64,000 nucleotides of DNA from a bacterium BMS3Abin14 (GTDB taxonomy: Bacteria; BMS3Abin14). The stretch covers positions 7,329 through 71,328 of the forward strand of contig BDTG01000028.1 of NCBI GenBank assembly GCA_002897695.1, given 5' to 3'. Below, piece by piece: positions 31,216-42,637 of this stretch. How positions within the stretch are numbered: position 1 is the first letter of the stretch; the number at the start of each line of letters is the position of its first letter. The position numbers and the translations under genes are program-made. The notes under the pieces are model-generated. The model did not search any database. It worked only from the letters and a program-made list of their open reading frames with translations, and had not been told where the DNA came from.

Positions 31216-33018
31216 TTGGATACGGGATCAGATGCACTGGACCAGCAGGGTGATTGGGAGCGAACGCACAACTGTGGAACCCTGAAAAAAGATAATATCG
31301 GGAATGAGGTCATCCTCATGGGTTGGGTCCTTCGCAGAAGGGATCACGGCGGGTTGATCTTCGTCGATCTGAGAGACCGGTGGGGCATAACCCAGGTAGT
31401 TTTCAACCCGGAGAGGGAACCTGAATCCCACGGGAAAGCTGAGCGCCTGAGATCCGAATACGTTATCGCCGTCAGGGGTGAGGTGTCTCCAAGACCCGAA
31501 GGCATGGGAAACCCTGGTCTGGTCACGGGAGCGATTGAGGTGCTGGTTGACGAGTTGAGGGTTCTCAACTCCAGTCTGACCCCCCCGTTTTCCCTTGACG
31601 AGCGTGAGGGTGGGGATGTCGCTGAAATCGTCCGCCTCAAGTACCGGTACCTGGCCCTGCGGCGGGACACCCTGAAAAACAATATGATACAGCGTTCCCT
31701 CTTGGCGAAATGGGTCAGGGACTATTTTTACGATGAGGGATTTCTCGAGATAGAGACACCCTTTCTCACAAAAAGCACCCCAGAGGGCGCCAGGGATTAT
31801 CTTGTGCCCAGCAGGGTTAGCCAAGGTAACTTCTACGCACTTCCACAGTCCCCACAGCTTTTCAAACAGATCTTGATGGTAGCCGGGTTCGACCGCTATT
31901 TCCAGATTGTACACTGTTTCAGGGACGAGGACCTGCGTGCGGACCGGCAGCCGGAGTTTACCCAGATCGACGTGGAGATGTCCTTTCCCACGGTTGACAC
32001 CCTGTTCGATATAATGGAGCGGATGATGTCCGGGGTCTTCCGGTTCGCCCTGGACCTGGACATAGCGGGACCCTTTCCACGACTGGGTTATGGGGAGTGC
32101 CTTGACAGGTTTGGACTGGACAGGCCGGACACAAGATTCGGGATGGAGCTGGTTGACCTGACGGAGATCCTTGGCTGTACCGAGGCGAGAGTGTTCTCCG
32201 AAACCGTGGCGGCCGGCGGTATTATCAGAGGGCTGACGGTTAAGGATGGGGGTGGAATGTCCCGCAGAGAGCTCGATGAGCTTACAGCCTATGTGGGGGT
32301 TTACGGGGCAAAAGGGCTGGCCTGGTTCAAGTATTCCGAGAATGGCTGGCAGTCTCCCCTGGCCAAGTTCATCGGTGAGGACGAAAAAGCGCGGGTGTCC
32401 CAAACGGCCATGTTTGAACCGGGCGACCTGCTTCTGGTAGTCGCGGGCGCCTCCGGCATGGTTAACGAGTCGTTGGGGCAGCTGCGGGTCCACCTCGGGA
32501 ACATGCTCGACCTCATACCTGCTGACCGCTACGATTTTCTCTGGGTTACCGATTTCCCCCTTTTCGAATACGACGAGAAGGCGGGCAGGTACAACTCCAT
32601 GCACCACCCGTTCACCTCCCCGGTGGAAGAAGACCTGCCCCTCCTCGAAACGGACCCCGGCCGGGTCAGGGCCAAGGCCTACGACATGGTCCTGAACGGG
32701 TCTGAGATCGGTGGCGGCAGCGTTCGTATTCACCGGCAAGACGTACAGAGCACCGTATTCAAGCACCTGAACATAGGACCTGATGAGGCAAGCGAAAAAT
32801 TCGGATTTCTCCTTGACGCGCTGCAGTACGGCGCCCCTCCTCACGGCGGCATCGCATTCGGTCTGGACCGCATTATGATGATACTGACCGGATCTGCCTC
32901 CATCAGGGACGTCATTCCTTTTCCCAAGACCCAGAAAGCCGCTTGTCTCATGACCGATGCGCCCAACCCTGTTGATCCAACCCAGCTTATGGAACTTGGA
33001 CTGAAGCTGCGCCGGTAA
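31216..33018 (+). CDS. aspS: aspartyl-tRNA synthetase
   Basis: OB fold followed by class II catalytic motifs (FRDEDLRADRQPEFTQ, GGGSVRIH, GLDRIMM). TTG start preceded by GGGAGG. Confidence 0.9.
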   Translation: MDTGSDALDQQGDWERTHNCGTLKKDNIGNEVILMGWVLRRRDHGGLIFVDLRDRWGITQVVFNPEREPESHGKAERLRSEYVIAVRGEVSPRPEGMGNPGLVTGAIEVLVDELRVLNSSLTPPFSLDEREGGDVAEIVRLKYRYLALRRDTLKNNMIQRSLLAKWVRDYFYDEGFLEIETPFLTKSTPEGARDYLVPSRVSQGNFYALPQSPQLFKQILMVAGFDRYFQIVHCFRDEDLRADRQPEFTQIDVEMSFPTVDTLFDIMERMMSGVFRFALDLDIAGPFPRLGYGECLDRFGLDRPDTRFGMELVDLTEILGCTEARVFSETVAAGGIIRGLTVKDGGGMSRRELDELTAYVGVYGAKGLAWFKYSENGWQSPLAKFIGEDEKARVSQTAMFEPGDLLLVVAGASGMVNESLGQLRVHLGNMLDLIPADRYDFLWVTDFPLFEYDEKAGRYNSMHHPFTSPVEEDLPLLETDPGRVRAKAYDMVLNGSEIGGGSVRIHRQDVQSTVFKHLNIGPDEASEKFGFLLDALQYGAPPHGGIAFGLDRIMMILTGSASIRDVIPFPKTQKAACLMTDAPNPVDPTQLMELGLKLRR

Positions 33019-33059
33019 AAATACACACTGACCCGGATGAACCCCACTACCTAAAGTTC

Positions 33060-33107
33060 TTGACACCTGAGGGCTACCCTTATATAGGTATACTGTATAC
33101 AGTATAC
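33060..33107 (+). promoter_or_regulatory. predicted sigma70 promoter (TTGACA -35) followed by triple GTATAC operator (GTATACtGTATACaGTATAC, 20-bp perfect palindrome) upstream of mdh
   Basis: Seen in sequence. The same TTGACA plus tandem GTATAC arrangement recurs upstream of sdhC at 55001-55047. Confidence 0.55.
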
Positions 33108-33240
33108 TGAAGTTGTGCCCATTAAATGATATCTTTCGTTTTCCGTGGAGTAAAAGGCCACGACTGGTTTTTTTGCGGCCTTATCAATAGGTAGTAGTGT
33201 GACAGTAGTGCAAAAAAATCGGCGTCTTGAACAGGTATAA

Positions 33241-34227
<987 letters not shown>

Positions 34228-34260
34228 TTTTTCCGGGGTTTCTTCTATCTAACTGCAGAT

Positions 34261-34305
34261 GGAGGGTCGTCTTCTACTTTCACGGAGGACCCTCCTTCTG
34301 TTTGT
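34261..34305 (+). terminator. hairpin (GGAGGGTC-N19-GACCCTCC) with a T-rich tail after mdh; possible partial terminator or attenuator
   Basis: 8-bp perfect stem seen in sequence. The tail TTCTGTTTGTG is only moderately U-rich. Confidence 0.35.
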
Positions 34306-34376
34306 GAACGCGAAATTCTACTTTTGGAAAAAGATGGAGACCTGTTCGGCGTGATTGGATGCCCGGAGGAAAAACC

Positions 34377-35216
34377 ATGAGAGAGATCGAGGCCCGGCAG
34401 ATAACCCGGGCCGTTAAAGAGCTTTGCATGAATGCGGCTTATCACCTGGGCGATGATGTGGTCGGGGCTATCAGGGAAGGTCTGGAAAAGGAGGCATCTC
34501 CCACCGGCAGGGATGTGTTGAACCAGCTTCTCGAGAATGCGGAGATAGCCTCGGCAGGGGAGTTCCCCCTTTGCCAGGATTGCGGCCTTGCGGTTATCTT
34601 CGTTGAACTTGGCCAGGATGTCCACGTGAGCGGCAGCGACCTCAACGATGCCATCCATGAAGGGGTCAGGCAGGGCTATGGGGAAGCCTATCTCCGAAAG
34701 AGCGTATGTCATCCCTTCACCCGTAAAAATACCGGAGATAACACGCCCTCCATCATCCACGTTAAGATTGTCCCTGGTGAAAAGATCAAGCTGACCATGG
34801 CCGCCAAGGGAGGGGGCAGTGAGAATATGAGCCGGGTCATGATGCTCAAACCTTCCGATGGGAAGGAAGGTATCATGGATTATGTTATCGGGCGGGTAAT
34901 AGAATCAGGCCCCAACCCCTGTCCTCCAACCATCGTCGGTGTTGGAATAGGGGGGACATACGAAAAGGCCGCTCTTATTGCCAAGGAGGCTCTCCTCCGC
35001 CCCGTCGGCCGACCAAGCCCTGACCCGGAACTGGCAGAGATGGAGAAAAAAATTCTCGATGCAGTGAATGGATCCGGCATCGGTCCGGCCGGGCTGGGGG
35101 GCAGGGTGACTTCATTTGCCGTCCACATCGAGATGAACCCCTGTCACATCGCCAGCCTTCCGGTGGCGGTTAATATCAACTGCCATTCCCACCGGCACAA
35201 GGAAACGGTCATCTAA
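34377..35216 (+). CDS. fumA: class I fumarate hydratase, alpha (N-terminal/Fe-S) subunit
   Basis: Fe-S hydro-lyase alpha-type sequence (...FPLCQDCGLAVIFVELGQ...). RBS GGAGG before ATG 34377. Confidence 0.85.
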   Translation: MREIEARQITRAVKELCMNAAYHLGDDVVGAIREGLEKEASPTGRDVLNQLLENAEIASAGEFPLCQDCGLAVIFVELGQDVHVSGSDLNDAIHEGVRQGYGEAYLRKSVCHPFTRKNTGDNTPSIIHVKIVPGEKIKLTMAAKGGGSENMSRVMMLKPSDGKEGIMDYVIGRVIESGPNPCPPTIVGVGIGGTYEKAALIAKEALLRPVGRPSPDPELAEMEKKILDAVNGSGIGPAGLGGRVTSFAVHIEMNPCHIASLPVAVNINCHSHRHKETVI

Positions 35217-35230
35217 GGGAGGTATTGATC

Positions 35231-35788
35231 ATGTCGGAACCTGTTCGGTTGACTCCCCCTCTGTCGGGGGAAGATGTTGAGTTTTTGAAAGCAGGTGACA
35301 GGGTGCTGATCTCCGGTACGATCTACACGGGGCGGGATGCCGCCCATAAGAGGCTTGTGGATCTGTTGGAGAAGGGTGATCCTCTTCCCCTGGAACTGGA
35401 GGGCCAGGTCATCTATTTTGTCGGTCCCTCTCCGAGCAGGCCTGGAAATCCCATCGGTTCTGCCGGCCCGACCACCAGTTACCGTATGGACGCCTATTCT
35501 CCTGTCCTCATAGAGAAGGGGCTGAAAGTAATGATAGGCAAGGGAGCGCGTTCACAGGAAGTTATTGATGCGATGGTACGCTATAAGGCGGTTTATCTTG
35601 CGGCGGTAGGCGGGGCAGCGGCCCTGATATCCCGAAGGATCGAGTCCTGTGAGGTCATCGCCTACGAGGACCTCGGCCCGGAGGCCATTCGAAAGCTGGA
35701 AGTCAGGGATTTTCCCGCTATCGTGGTAAACGACTGCGAGGGAAACGATCTTTACAGGCAGGGTGTGGAAGAGTACAAGACGGCGTAA
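35231..35788 (+). CDS. fumB: class I fumarate hydratase, beta (C-terminal) subunit
   Basis: Fe-S hydro-lyase beta-type ([19 protein letters not shown]...). Alternative TTG start at 35225. Confidence 0.85.
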   Translation: MSEPVRLTPPLSGEDVEFLKAGDRVLISGTIYTGRDAAHKRLVDLLEKGDPLPLELEGQVIYFVGPSPSRPGNPIGSAGPTTSYRMDAYSPVLIEKGLKVMIGKGARSQEVIDAMVRYKAVYLAAVGGAAALISRRIESCEVIAYEDLGPEAIRKLEVRDFPAIVVNDCEGNDLYRQGVEEYKTA

Positions 35789-35877
35789 TATTTTTATGGA
35801 AGGGGAAGGCTCGGTGCTACCCCCTATACAGCAGTCGGTCCCCCGGGTGGCGGGATCAGATAGCGGGAGGTCATTGC

Positions 35878-37047
35878 ATGAAGGTCCACGAATACCAGGC
35901 GAAACAGCTTCTTCGGGAATATGGCGTTCCGGTGCCGGACGGGGGGATGGGCAGAACCCCTGCGGAGGCCCGGAAGATAGCCGAAGAATTGGGCGGGAAA
36001 GTCGTTGTAAAGGCTCAGATCCATGCCGGGGGCCGCGGCAAGGCCGGCGGCGTTAAGTTGGTTTCAGGACCCGCGGAGGCCGAGAAGGTGGCTGGGGAGC
36101 TTATAGGCAAAACCCTGATAACCCACCAGACCGGACCCGGGGGGAAGGTTGTCAATCAGATCCTCATCGAGGGAGGGGTTGAGATCGCATCCGAGTTCTA
36201 CCTCGGCATGGCCATCGATCGCGCAACCGAGAGGGTCGCCATCATGGCGAGTACCGAGGGAGGGGTTGAGATCGAGAAAGTAGCGGCCGAAGCCCCTGAG
36301 AAGATCCTCAAGGAATTCGTGGACCCGGCCGTGGGATTGATGCCCTTTCAGGCCAGGAAGATTGCATTCAATCTGGGTTTGACCGGAAAGACTGCGTCTG
36401 CCGCGGCCTCCTTTGTCCTGAAGCTTTACAGACTGTTTATGGACAAGGATTGTTCACTGGCTGAGATCAATCCGCTCATCACCACTGCGACCGGCGAGGT
36501 GATTGCCCTTGACGCAAAGTTGAATTTTGACGACAATGCCCTTTTCCGGCACCCTGATATCGTTGAGCTTCGGGACCTTTCGGAGGAACAGCCGCAGGAG
36601 ACCGAAGCCTCGGAGTACGGGCTCTCCTATATAAAACTGGAGGGCAATGTGGGGTGTATGGTCAACGGTGCGGGCCTAGCCATGTCCACCATGGACATTA
36701 TCAAGCTTGCAGGCGGCGAGCCGGCGAATTTTCTGGATGTGGGCGGAGCGGCCAAGGAGGAATCCGTCACTAATGCCTTCAGGATCATTCTCTCCGATAA
36801 AAATGTTAAGGTTGTCCTCGTCAATATTTTCGGGGGCATCGTCCGTTGCGATATCGTGGCCCAGGGTGTGATCAATGCTGCGAAAAACCTGAACGTGACG
36901 GTCCCTGTCGTCGTCAGGCTCGAGGGCACGAATGCGAAGGAGGGGCTCAGCCTTATTGAAAAATCAGGGATGAAATTTATTACGGCCAAAGGCCTGAAGG
37001 CCGCTGCAGAGCAGGCGGTAGCTGCCGCAAAGAGCGGGGAGGTGTAG
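35878..37047 (+). CDS. sucC: succinyl-CoA synthetase beta subunit
   Basis: [12 protein letters not shown]... with ATP-grasp. Confidence 0.95.
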   Translation: MKVHEYQAKQLLREYGVPVPDGGMGRTPAEARKIAEELGGKVVVKAQIHAGGRGKAGGVKLVSGPAEAEKVAGELIGKTLITHQTGPGGKVVNQILIEGGVEIASEFYLGMAIDRATERVAIMASTEGGVEIEKVAAEAPEKILKEFVDPAVGLMPFQARKIAFNLGLTGKTASAAASFVLKLYRLFMDKDCSLAEINPLITTATGEVIALDAKLNFDDNALFRHPDIVELRDLSEEQPQETEASEYGLSYIKLEGNVGCMVNGAGLAMSTMDIIKLAGGEPANFLDVGGAAKEESVTNAFRIILSDKNVKVVLVNIFGGIVRCDIVAQGVINAAKNLNVTVPVVVRLEGTNAKEGLSLIEKSGMKFITAKGLKAAAEQAVAAAKSGEV

Positions 37048-37048
37048 G

Positions 37049-37921
37049 ATGAGCATCCTGGTAAACAGCGATACGAGGGTTGTCGTTCAGGGAATCACGG
37101 GACACGAGGGTAGTTTCCACACAAGGCAGTGCGTAGCCTACGGGACCAAAGTGGTCGCCGGGGTGACGCCTGGAAAGGGCGGCCAGGACGTCGATGGCAT
37201 CCCTGTTTTCAACACGGTATCCCAGGCGGTAGAAAAGGAGGGCGCCGACGCGGCCCTGATTTTCGTTCCACCTGCATTTTGCGCCGACGCTATCCTTGAG
37301 GCGGCTTACGGGGGGGTCGATCTCGTTGTATGTATTACCGAGGGGATTCCCACTCTGGACATGGTCAAGGTGAAAAACGCACTTGGGGCTACGGGTGTGC
37401 GGATGATCGGGCCTAACTGTCCCGGTGTCATGACCCCGGGTCAGTGCAAGATGGGCATCATGCCCGGGTTTATCCATAAGGAGGGGCGCGTTGGCGTTAT
37501 CTCCAGGAGCGGGACCCTGACCTACGAGGCCGTCGGCCAGTTGACGGAGCTTGGCATCGGTCAGAGTACATGCATCGGCATTGGGGGAGACCCCATTATC
37601 GGCAGCACATTTGTTGATCTTTTACGGCTTTTCAACGATGATCCTGATACCGACGCCGTGGTGATGATCGGCGAGATCGGCGGCTCTGCGGAGGAGACCG
37701 CCGCAGACTTTATCAAAAAAGAGATGGGTAAACCGGTTGTGTCGTTCATCGCCGGACAGACTGCCCCTCCCGGGAAGCGGATGGGGCATGCCGGGGCTAT
37801 TATTGCTGGTGGAAAAGGTACTGCCGCCGAAAAGATTGTCAGCCTGGAGGCAGCCGGGGTTACCGTCAGCAGGAGCCCCTCGGAAATTGGCGCCAGGATA
37901 GCTGAAGTCCTTGGCGCCTGA
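37049..37921 (+). CDS. sucD: succinyl-CoA synthetase alpha subunit
   Basis: CoA-binding motif and phosphohistidine loop (...SRSGTLTYE...). Confidence 0.95.
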   Translation: MSILVNSDTRVVVQGITGHEGSFHTRQCVAYGTKVVAGVTPGKGGQDVDGIPVFNTVSQAVEKEGADAALIFVPPAFCADAILEAAYGGVDLVVCITEGIPTLDMVKVKNALGATGVRMIGPNCPGVMTPGQCKMGIMPGFIHKEGRVGVISRSGTLTYEAVGQLTELGIGQSTCIGIGGDPIIGSTFVDLLRLFNDDPDTDAVVMIGEIGGSAEETAADFIKKEMGKPVVSFIAGQTAPPGKRMGHAGAIIAGGKGTAAEKIVSLEAAGVTVSRSPSEIGARIAEVLGA

Positions 37922-37934
37922 CAGGGAGGAAAGA

Positions 37935-38189
37935 ATGGCCAATATCGCTCCTGACGAGAAGACTGAGGTAGCGCAATATGGTGGGAGAAAAATCACCATA
38001 ATTCCCCGATATTGCAAGGGGTGCGAGATCTGTGTGAAGTTCTGCCCTGCTTCGGTCCTGGAAATGAAAGATTTCAAGGTTCACACAGCTCGCATTGAGG
38101 ACTGTACCGAATGCATGCTCTGTGAGGTGAGATGCCCCGATTTTGCCATTTTTGTAGATGAATCGGGTAAAAAGGGGAAGGCGAAATGA
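37935..38189 (+). CDS. korD: 2-oxoglutarate:ferredoxin oxidoreductase delta subunit (2x[4Fe-4S] ferredoxin)
   Basis: Two CxxCxxC(x)nCP motifs. RBS before ATG 37935; ORF 37911 also possible. Confidence 0.8.
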   Translation: MANIAPDEKTEVAQYGGRKITIIPRYCKGCEICVKFCPASVLEMKDFKVHTARIEDCTECMLCEVRCPDFAIFVDESGKKGKAK

Positions 38190-39319
38190 GCGGCAAGGAC
38201 GTATTTTTTCAAGGTAATGAAGCCTGTGCGCACGGTGCCCTTTATGCCGGCTGCCGTTTTTTCGCCGGCTATCCCATCACCCCATCAACCGAGGTAGCTG
38301 AATTGATGTCACGCTTCCTGCCGAAGCTTGGCGGGGCGTTTATCCAGATGGAGGATGAGATCGCCGCCATGGCGGCCACCATCGGGGGGTCCCTCGCAGG
38401 CAAAAAAAGCCTGACGGCTACCAGTGGTCCCGGTTTTTCCCTCAAACAGGAAAACATCGGGTTCGCATGCATAACGGAGATACCGTGTGTGATCCTGAAT
38501 GTCATGCGAGGCGGCCCCAGCACCGGGCTGCCCACCGGCCCCAGCCAGTCGGACGTCATGCAGGCCAGGTGGGGCACCCATGGGGATCATCCGGTCATCG
38601 CCTTAACCCCCGCCTCCGTTCAGGAGATCTTCACCGAAACGGTGAGGGCTTTCAACCTGGCCGAGAGGCTCAGGACCCCGGTTATCCTTCTCCTCGATGA
38701 GATTATCGGTCACATGAGGGAAAAGATCACTATTCCCCCCGAAGGGGAGCTTGAGATCTGGGACCGTCCCAGGCCAACGTGCAAACCTGAGGAGTATAAA
38801 CCTTACGACATCAGTGAAGGGTTGATTCCGCCCATGGCCGATTTCGGCTCCGGCTACCGCTGGCACACCACCGGCCTGAACCATGATGAAACAGGATTTC
38901 CAACCAACAAGCCCGAATTGGTGGAACCGGAAGCTGAGAGGCTTATGAACAAGATCACCCGCAATCTGGACATCATAGAAAAGTATGACTACCACGAGGC
39001 CAGGGGGGCTAAGGTCGGGATGATGGCCTTCGGTTCCACATCCCGGTCCGCGCGCGCGGCCATCAGAACCCTGGCCGCAGAGGGGATTCCTGTGGAGTTC
39101 CTCAGGCCCGTCACCCTTTGGCCCTTTCCCACGAAGATCATCGAGAAGATGGCCGAAAATGTTGATGCCATAATTGTCCCTGAGATGAATCTCGGCCAGA
39201 TGTCTGAGGAGGTCCAGAGGTGCGCCTGCGGCAAGGCCAGGGTCGTTGGGATTAACAGGGTGGACGGTGATCCGATAACACCCGCGCAGATCATTGACAA
39301 GATCAGGGAGGTGTCGTGA
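38186..39319 (+). CDS. korA: 2-oxoglutarate:ferredoxin oxidoreductase alpha subunit
   Basis: Pyruvate/2-oxoacid:Fd oxidoreductase alpha domain (GYPITPSTE...). Confidence 0.9.
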   Translation: MSGKDVFFQGNEACAHGALYAGCRFFAGYPITPSTEVAELMSRFLPKLGGAFIQMEDEIAAMAATIGGSLAGKKSLTATSGPGFSLKQENIGFACITEIPCVILNVMRGGPSTGLPTGPSQSDVMQARWGTHGDHPVIALTPASVQEIFTETVRAFNLAERLRTPVILLLDEIIGHMREKITIPPEGELEIWDRPRPTCKPEEYKPYDISEGLIPPMADFGSGYRWHTTGLNHDETGFPTNKPELVEPEAERLMNKITRNLDIIEKYDYHEARGAKVGMMAFGSTSRSARAAIRTLAAEGIPVEFLRPVTLWPFPTKIIEKMAENVDAIIVPEMNLGQMSEEVQRCACGKARVVGINRVDGDPITPAQIIDKIREVS

Positions 39320-40137
39320 TGGCATTTAACTACGCGCAATATACCCGGCCGGGCAAGCTTCCCCACATCTGGTGTCCGGGATGCGCCCATGGAATCGTTA
39401 TGAAATCGCTTATCAGGGCCATCGATCGGGTTGGGCTGGATAAGGACAACACCGTTATCGTATCAGGGATAGGCTGCGCTTCAAGGCTTCCCGGCTATGT
39501 CGACTTCAACACTCTGCACACCACCCATGGAAGAGGCCTTGGATTTGCCACGGGAATAAAGATGGCCAATCCGAAGCTTGATGTTATTGTCGTGGGTGGC
39601 GACGGGGATTCCCTCGCCATCGGCGGGAATCATTTTATACACGCCTGCCGAAGGAACATCAACATCACTCTGGTGGTTTTCAACAACTTTATCTACGGCA
39701 TGACAGGAGGTCAATTCTCGCCAACGACCCCCCATGGCAGGCTTGCAAGCACCACACCTTACGGCAATCCTGATTACTCTTTCGACGTGGTGGAGTTGGC
39801 ATCGGGCGCCGGGGCGAGCTTTGTGGGGCGCCATACCGCGTATCATGCCATTCCACTGGAGAGGATGATTGCCGATGCCATCTCCCATAAGGGATTTTCG
39901 GTGGTGGATGCCCTGTGCACGTGCCCGACGACCTACGGACGAAGGAACAAACTGGGAACGGCTGTGGATATGATCGAGTGGTTTAAAAATAATACCGTGG
40001 GCATCAAGGCGGCTGGAAAGCTTCCTCCCGAAAAGGTCGAGGGAAAGATCCTCACCGGCGTGTTTAAAAATATTGAAAAGCCCGAATATTGTATGGAATA
40101 CGAAAACATCAAGGCAAAGGCAGGGAACAGGCCCTGA
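39316..40137 (+). CDS. korB: 2-oxoglutarate:ferredoxin oxidoreductase beta subunit (TPP-binding)
   Basis: TPP motif GDGD...N region (VVGGDGDSLAIGGNHF). Confidence 0.9.
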   Translation: MMAFNYAQYTRPGKLPHIWCPGCAHGIVMKSLIRAIDRVGLDKDNTVIVSGIGCASRLPGYVDFNTLHTTHGRGLGFATGIKMANPKLDVIVVGGDGDSLAIGGNHFIHACRRNINITLVVFNNFIYGMTGGQFSPTTPHGRLASTTPYGNPDYSFDVVELASGAGASFVGRHTAYHAIPLERMIADAISHKGFSVVDALCTCPTTYGRRNKLGTAVDMIEWFKNNTVGIKAAGKLPPEKVEGKILTGVFKNIEKPEYCMEYENIKAKAGNRP

Positions 40138-40152
40138 CCAGGAGGTAATATC

Positions 40153-40689
40153 ATGGCCGACAGGTTCGAGGTAAGACTCAGCGGCGCTGGTGGACAGGGA
40201 TTGATCCTTGGCGGTGTCATCCTTGCGGAGGCCGCATCCCTTTTTGAAGGTAAAAACGCTGTTCAAACCCAGTCCTACGGACCCGAAGCCAGGGGCGGCG
40301 CCAGTAAATCTGAGGTCATCCTCTCGGAAGGAGAGGTCGATTATCCCAAGGCCACGGAGATTGATCTCCTTCTATGCCTTACGCAGGAAGCCTGTGATAA
40401 ATACACCGTCGATCTGAAAGACAATGGTGTTCTTATCACCGATTCCCGCATGGTCCAGGATATTCCCGAAGGGAAATTCAAGGTTTATCAGCTGCCCATA
40501 ATCGATACCGCCAAGGATAAGGTCGGGAAGGTTTTTGTCGCCAACATCGTGGCGCTTGGAGCCATAACCCGCCTGATCGAGCAGGTATCCTTCGATTCGG
40601 TTGAAAAGGCCGTTCTCAACCGGGTGCCGAATGGAACCGAGGACCTGAACAAAAGAGCCCTGAAACTGGGATACGATCTGGTTAATTAA
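40153..40689 (+). CDS. korC: 2-oxoglutarate:ferredoxin oxidoreductase gamma subunit
   Basis: ...LSGAGGQGLILGG... gamma-subunit fold. Confidence 0.85.
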   Translation: MADRFEVRLSGAGGQGLILGGVILAEAASLFEGKNAVQTQSYGPEARGGASKSEVILSEGEVDYPKATEIDLLLCLTQEACDKYTVDLKDNGVLITDSRMVQDIPEGKFKVYQLPIIDTAKDKVGKVFVANIVALGAITRLIEQVSFDSVEKAVLNRVPNGTEDLNKRALKLGYDLVN

Positions 40690-40719
40690 TCAGGCCTGCG
40701 ACGGGGATCAGACGGAGAG

Positions 40720-41510
40720 TTACCTGAACCTTATGTTGTGCTTTTGAACGGCCTTAACCAGATATTCTATCTCGCCGGGATGGAGGATTCCCTTCTTGAC
40801 AAAGAATTCCCCTATGGGCCGCTGGAGCCAACGCTGAAAGCCAAGGACCGCGGAACGCTGGTAGGGAGTCATGTACCCCAGGCGAAGCGCTGAGCCGCCT
40901 ATCCTTTCCCCGAACACTCTTTCCGCTGAGATGATGTGAAGCTCCTCTGAATTAAGAAACTTCCACGTGGCGGCAATATGGCCGAAAGAGGGACGCTGAC
41001 GTCTCTGCCAGGTAATGGCCTTGATAAGGGTTCTCCAGGATATGATCCCGGAGTAGTAAAGGTACTGGCCCAGCAGAAGCCTGTTCTCGGGAACCAGACC
41101 CTGCCAGAAATGGTCATGGGTTTTCCCGCCCGTTTCTGATGCCCTGTTTTCGGCCGGGTCTTCGCGGGGGGTGTTGCGGGGCTGAGGATTCGTCCGGTGA
41201 ACAGTCGTGGATAGGTCCTCCGATGACAGGAAAGCCAGAAGGCTGGAGTAGGCCTGAGTTACTGCTATGAAATGTTCGGCCATCTCATTCTCATCCTTGC
41301 CCTGAATTCTGGCCCTGTCCGGATGAAGCTCCAGAGCCTTTCTCCTGAAGGTGACCTTCAGGCCTGAAGGCCCCAGCGTTCGCAGAAACTCATCGGTCAC
41401 CTCGACATCGGCGCCGAAAAGCACCCTGAATGCCGAAGTGATCTCCCGGGTATTTAACGCGGTATTCAAGGACCAGAACCTCCCTAAGTCTCCAGCTACA
41501 AACAGAAGAA
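40720..41510 (-). CDS. J-domain (DnaJ-like, HPD motif) protein with uncharacterised C-terminal domain; start uncertain
   Basis: KVTFRRKALELHPDRA J-domain core. The upstream part of ORF 40720..41919 looks non-coding (repeat-rich), so a later TTG/GTG start is assumed. Confidence 0.5.
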
Positions 41511-41587
41511 TCGCTTGCAGGCACAAAAGCGACAACCGCAACTTTACAGTGACGCTATTCTGGGTAATAAACGTGCATGTGTCAAGT

Positions 41588-41768
41588 GTCTTGAACGTGG
41601 TCCAATGTCCAATGTCCAACGGGGAAAAGCCGGATGTGGTGACACGGAGACACGGAGAAAAACGAAGAGGGGGGATAAGAGCAGGCGGTGGGCTCGATTT
41701 AACAGGGATGAAGGGGATGAAAACAGGCGATGGGCAGTAAGAGCAAGTTTGTAGTTTGAGGCTTGAGG
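41588..41768. repeat. left imperfect inverted repeat of the island (core GTCTTGAACGTGgtccaATGTCCAATGTCCAACGGGGAAAAG plus second block GCAAGTTTGtAGTTTGAGG)
   Basis: The reverse complement of 49249-49315 aligns (AACGTG...ATGTCCAAyGTCCAACGGGGAA..GCAAGTTTGAGGTTTGAGG). Local micro-tandem repeats (gacacggag x2, atcgaaga x3). Confidence 0.75.
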
Positions 41769-41867
41769 TTAAAATCTGGCACTGAAACCTTGGTGAAACA
41801 GACATGGGAGCAAGGGAGTAAGGGCGTATCGAAGCATCGAAGAATCGAAGAATCTCAAACTCGCCTA

Positions 41868-42360
41868 TATTATGTGACAATTGTCTTGTCCGGTTCGACG
41901 TGGTATGCCTCGATCCCAAAAACGACTTTTAAAAAGGGAGACTTTTGGTGTCGGGCAAGCCCATTAATGTCATTATCGGGGACGGGGAAAATCCCTCGTC
42001 TTTAGGTGAAGGGAAGGATGTGATAACATAATTATGTCAGATATCGATTGAACGTGAGATAGAGATCCTGTCGGGTAAAGTTGGCAGCGACCATGTTCAC
42101 GTTTTTATATCCTGTCGTCCGAGTCATAATATCAGTGTATCAGTCAGGTAGTGCAATGGTTGAAGGGAATCAGTTTCCGGGTGCTTCTTTAAGGAGTTTC
42201 CCCACTTGCGCAAGCAATTTTGGGGTCGTCATTTTTGGGCTCGCGGCTATCTTGCTGTTTCCTCCGGTACCATCACAGATGAGATGATCCAGGAGTATAT
42301 TGAAGAGCAAGAAGGGGAGCCGATTCATGATGACAGTCAATTTCCAGTTGACAACCCTTA
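41868..42360 (+). pseudogene. IS200/IS605-family TnpA (Y1 HuH transposase) remnant in three frames with an in-frame TGA
   Basis: Fragments YIM*QLSCPVRR..., ...EIEILSGKVGSDHVHVFISCRPSHNISV... (HuH) and ...QFWGRHFWARGYLAVSSGTITDEMIQEYIEEQ... are colinear with IS200 TnpA but frameshifted. Confidence 0.75.
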
Positions 42361-42391
42361 AACCCATCGCCTTTTAGGCGAGGAGTATCCA

Positions 42392-42637
42392 GTGGAGTCG
42401 AGGCTGCGGACAAACATGCCTCCAGTGAAAGCGAGCTTTCTTGCTATGACTCAAAACCATGCGAAAGATAACAATCAAATGCAGGCCTCGTTTGCGACTT
42501 TACTGAGTGGGGCGGCTGAGGCCCTTGCAAATTATCTTGACAGGCTATTGCCTTCACTTCTTGATAACTGGTGGAAAAATGCTGTGGTGGACAAGCTGTC
42601 TTTTCAGCAACACCGCGGATCAAACAGAAAGGAATAG
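42392..42637 (+). pseudogene. HEPN-related ORF fragment (frame 2), partial duplicate of the downstream HEPN N-terminus
   Basis: LLPSLLDNWWKNAVVDKLS parallels LLRVLDQNWYQISMKMNLS in the next frame. Confidence 0.35.

Noticed and set aside
31228-33066. 612-aa ORF antisense to aspS
   Set aside because: Completely overlapped by aspS, which has unmistakable class II synthetase motifs. Low-complexity Gly/Pro/Arg-rich composition.
41480-41919. N-terminal 140 aa of the long minus-strand ORF 40720..41919
   Set aside because: This stretch is Ser/Pro/Cys-rich junk read through the micro-tandem-repeat and island-boundary region. Only the J-domain-containing distal part looks genuine.
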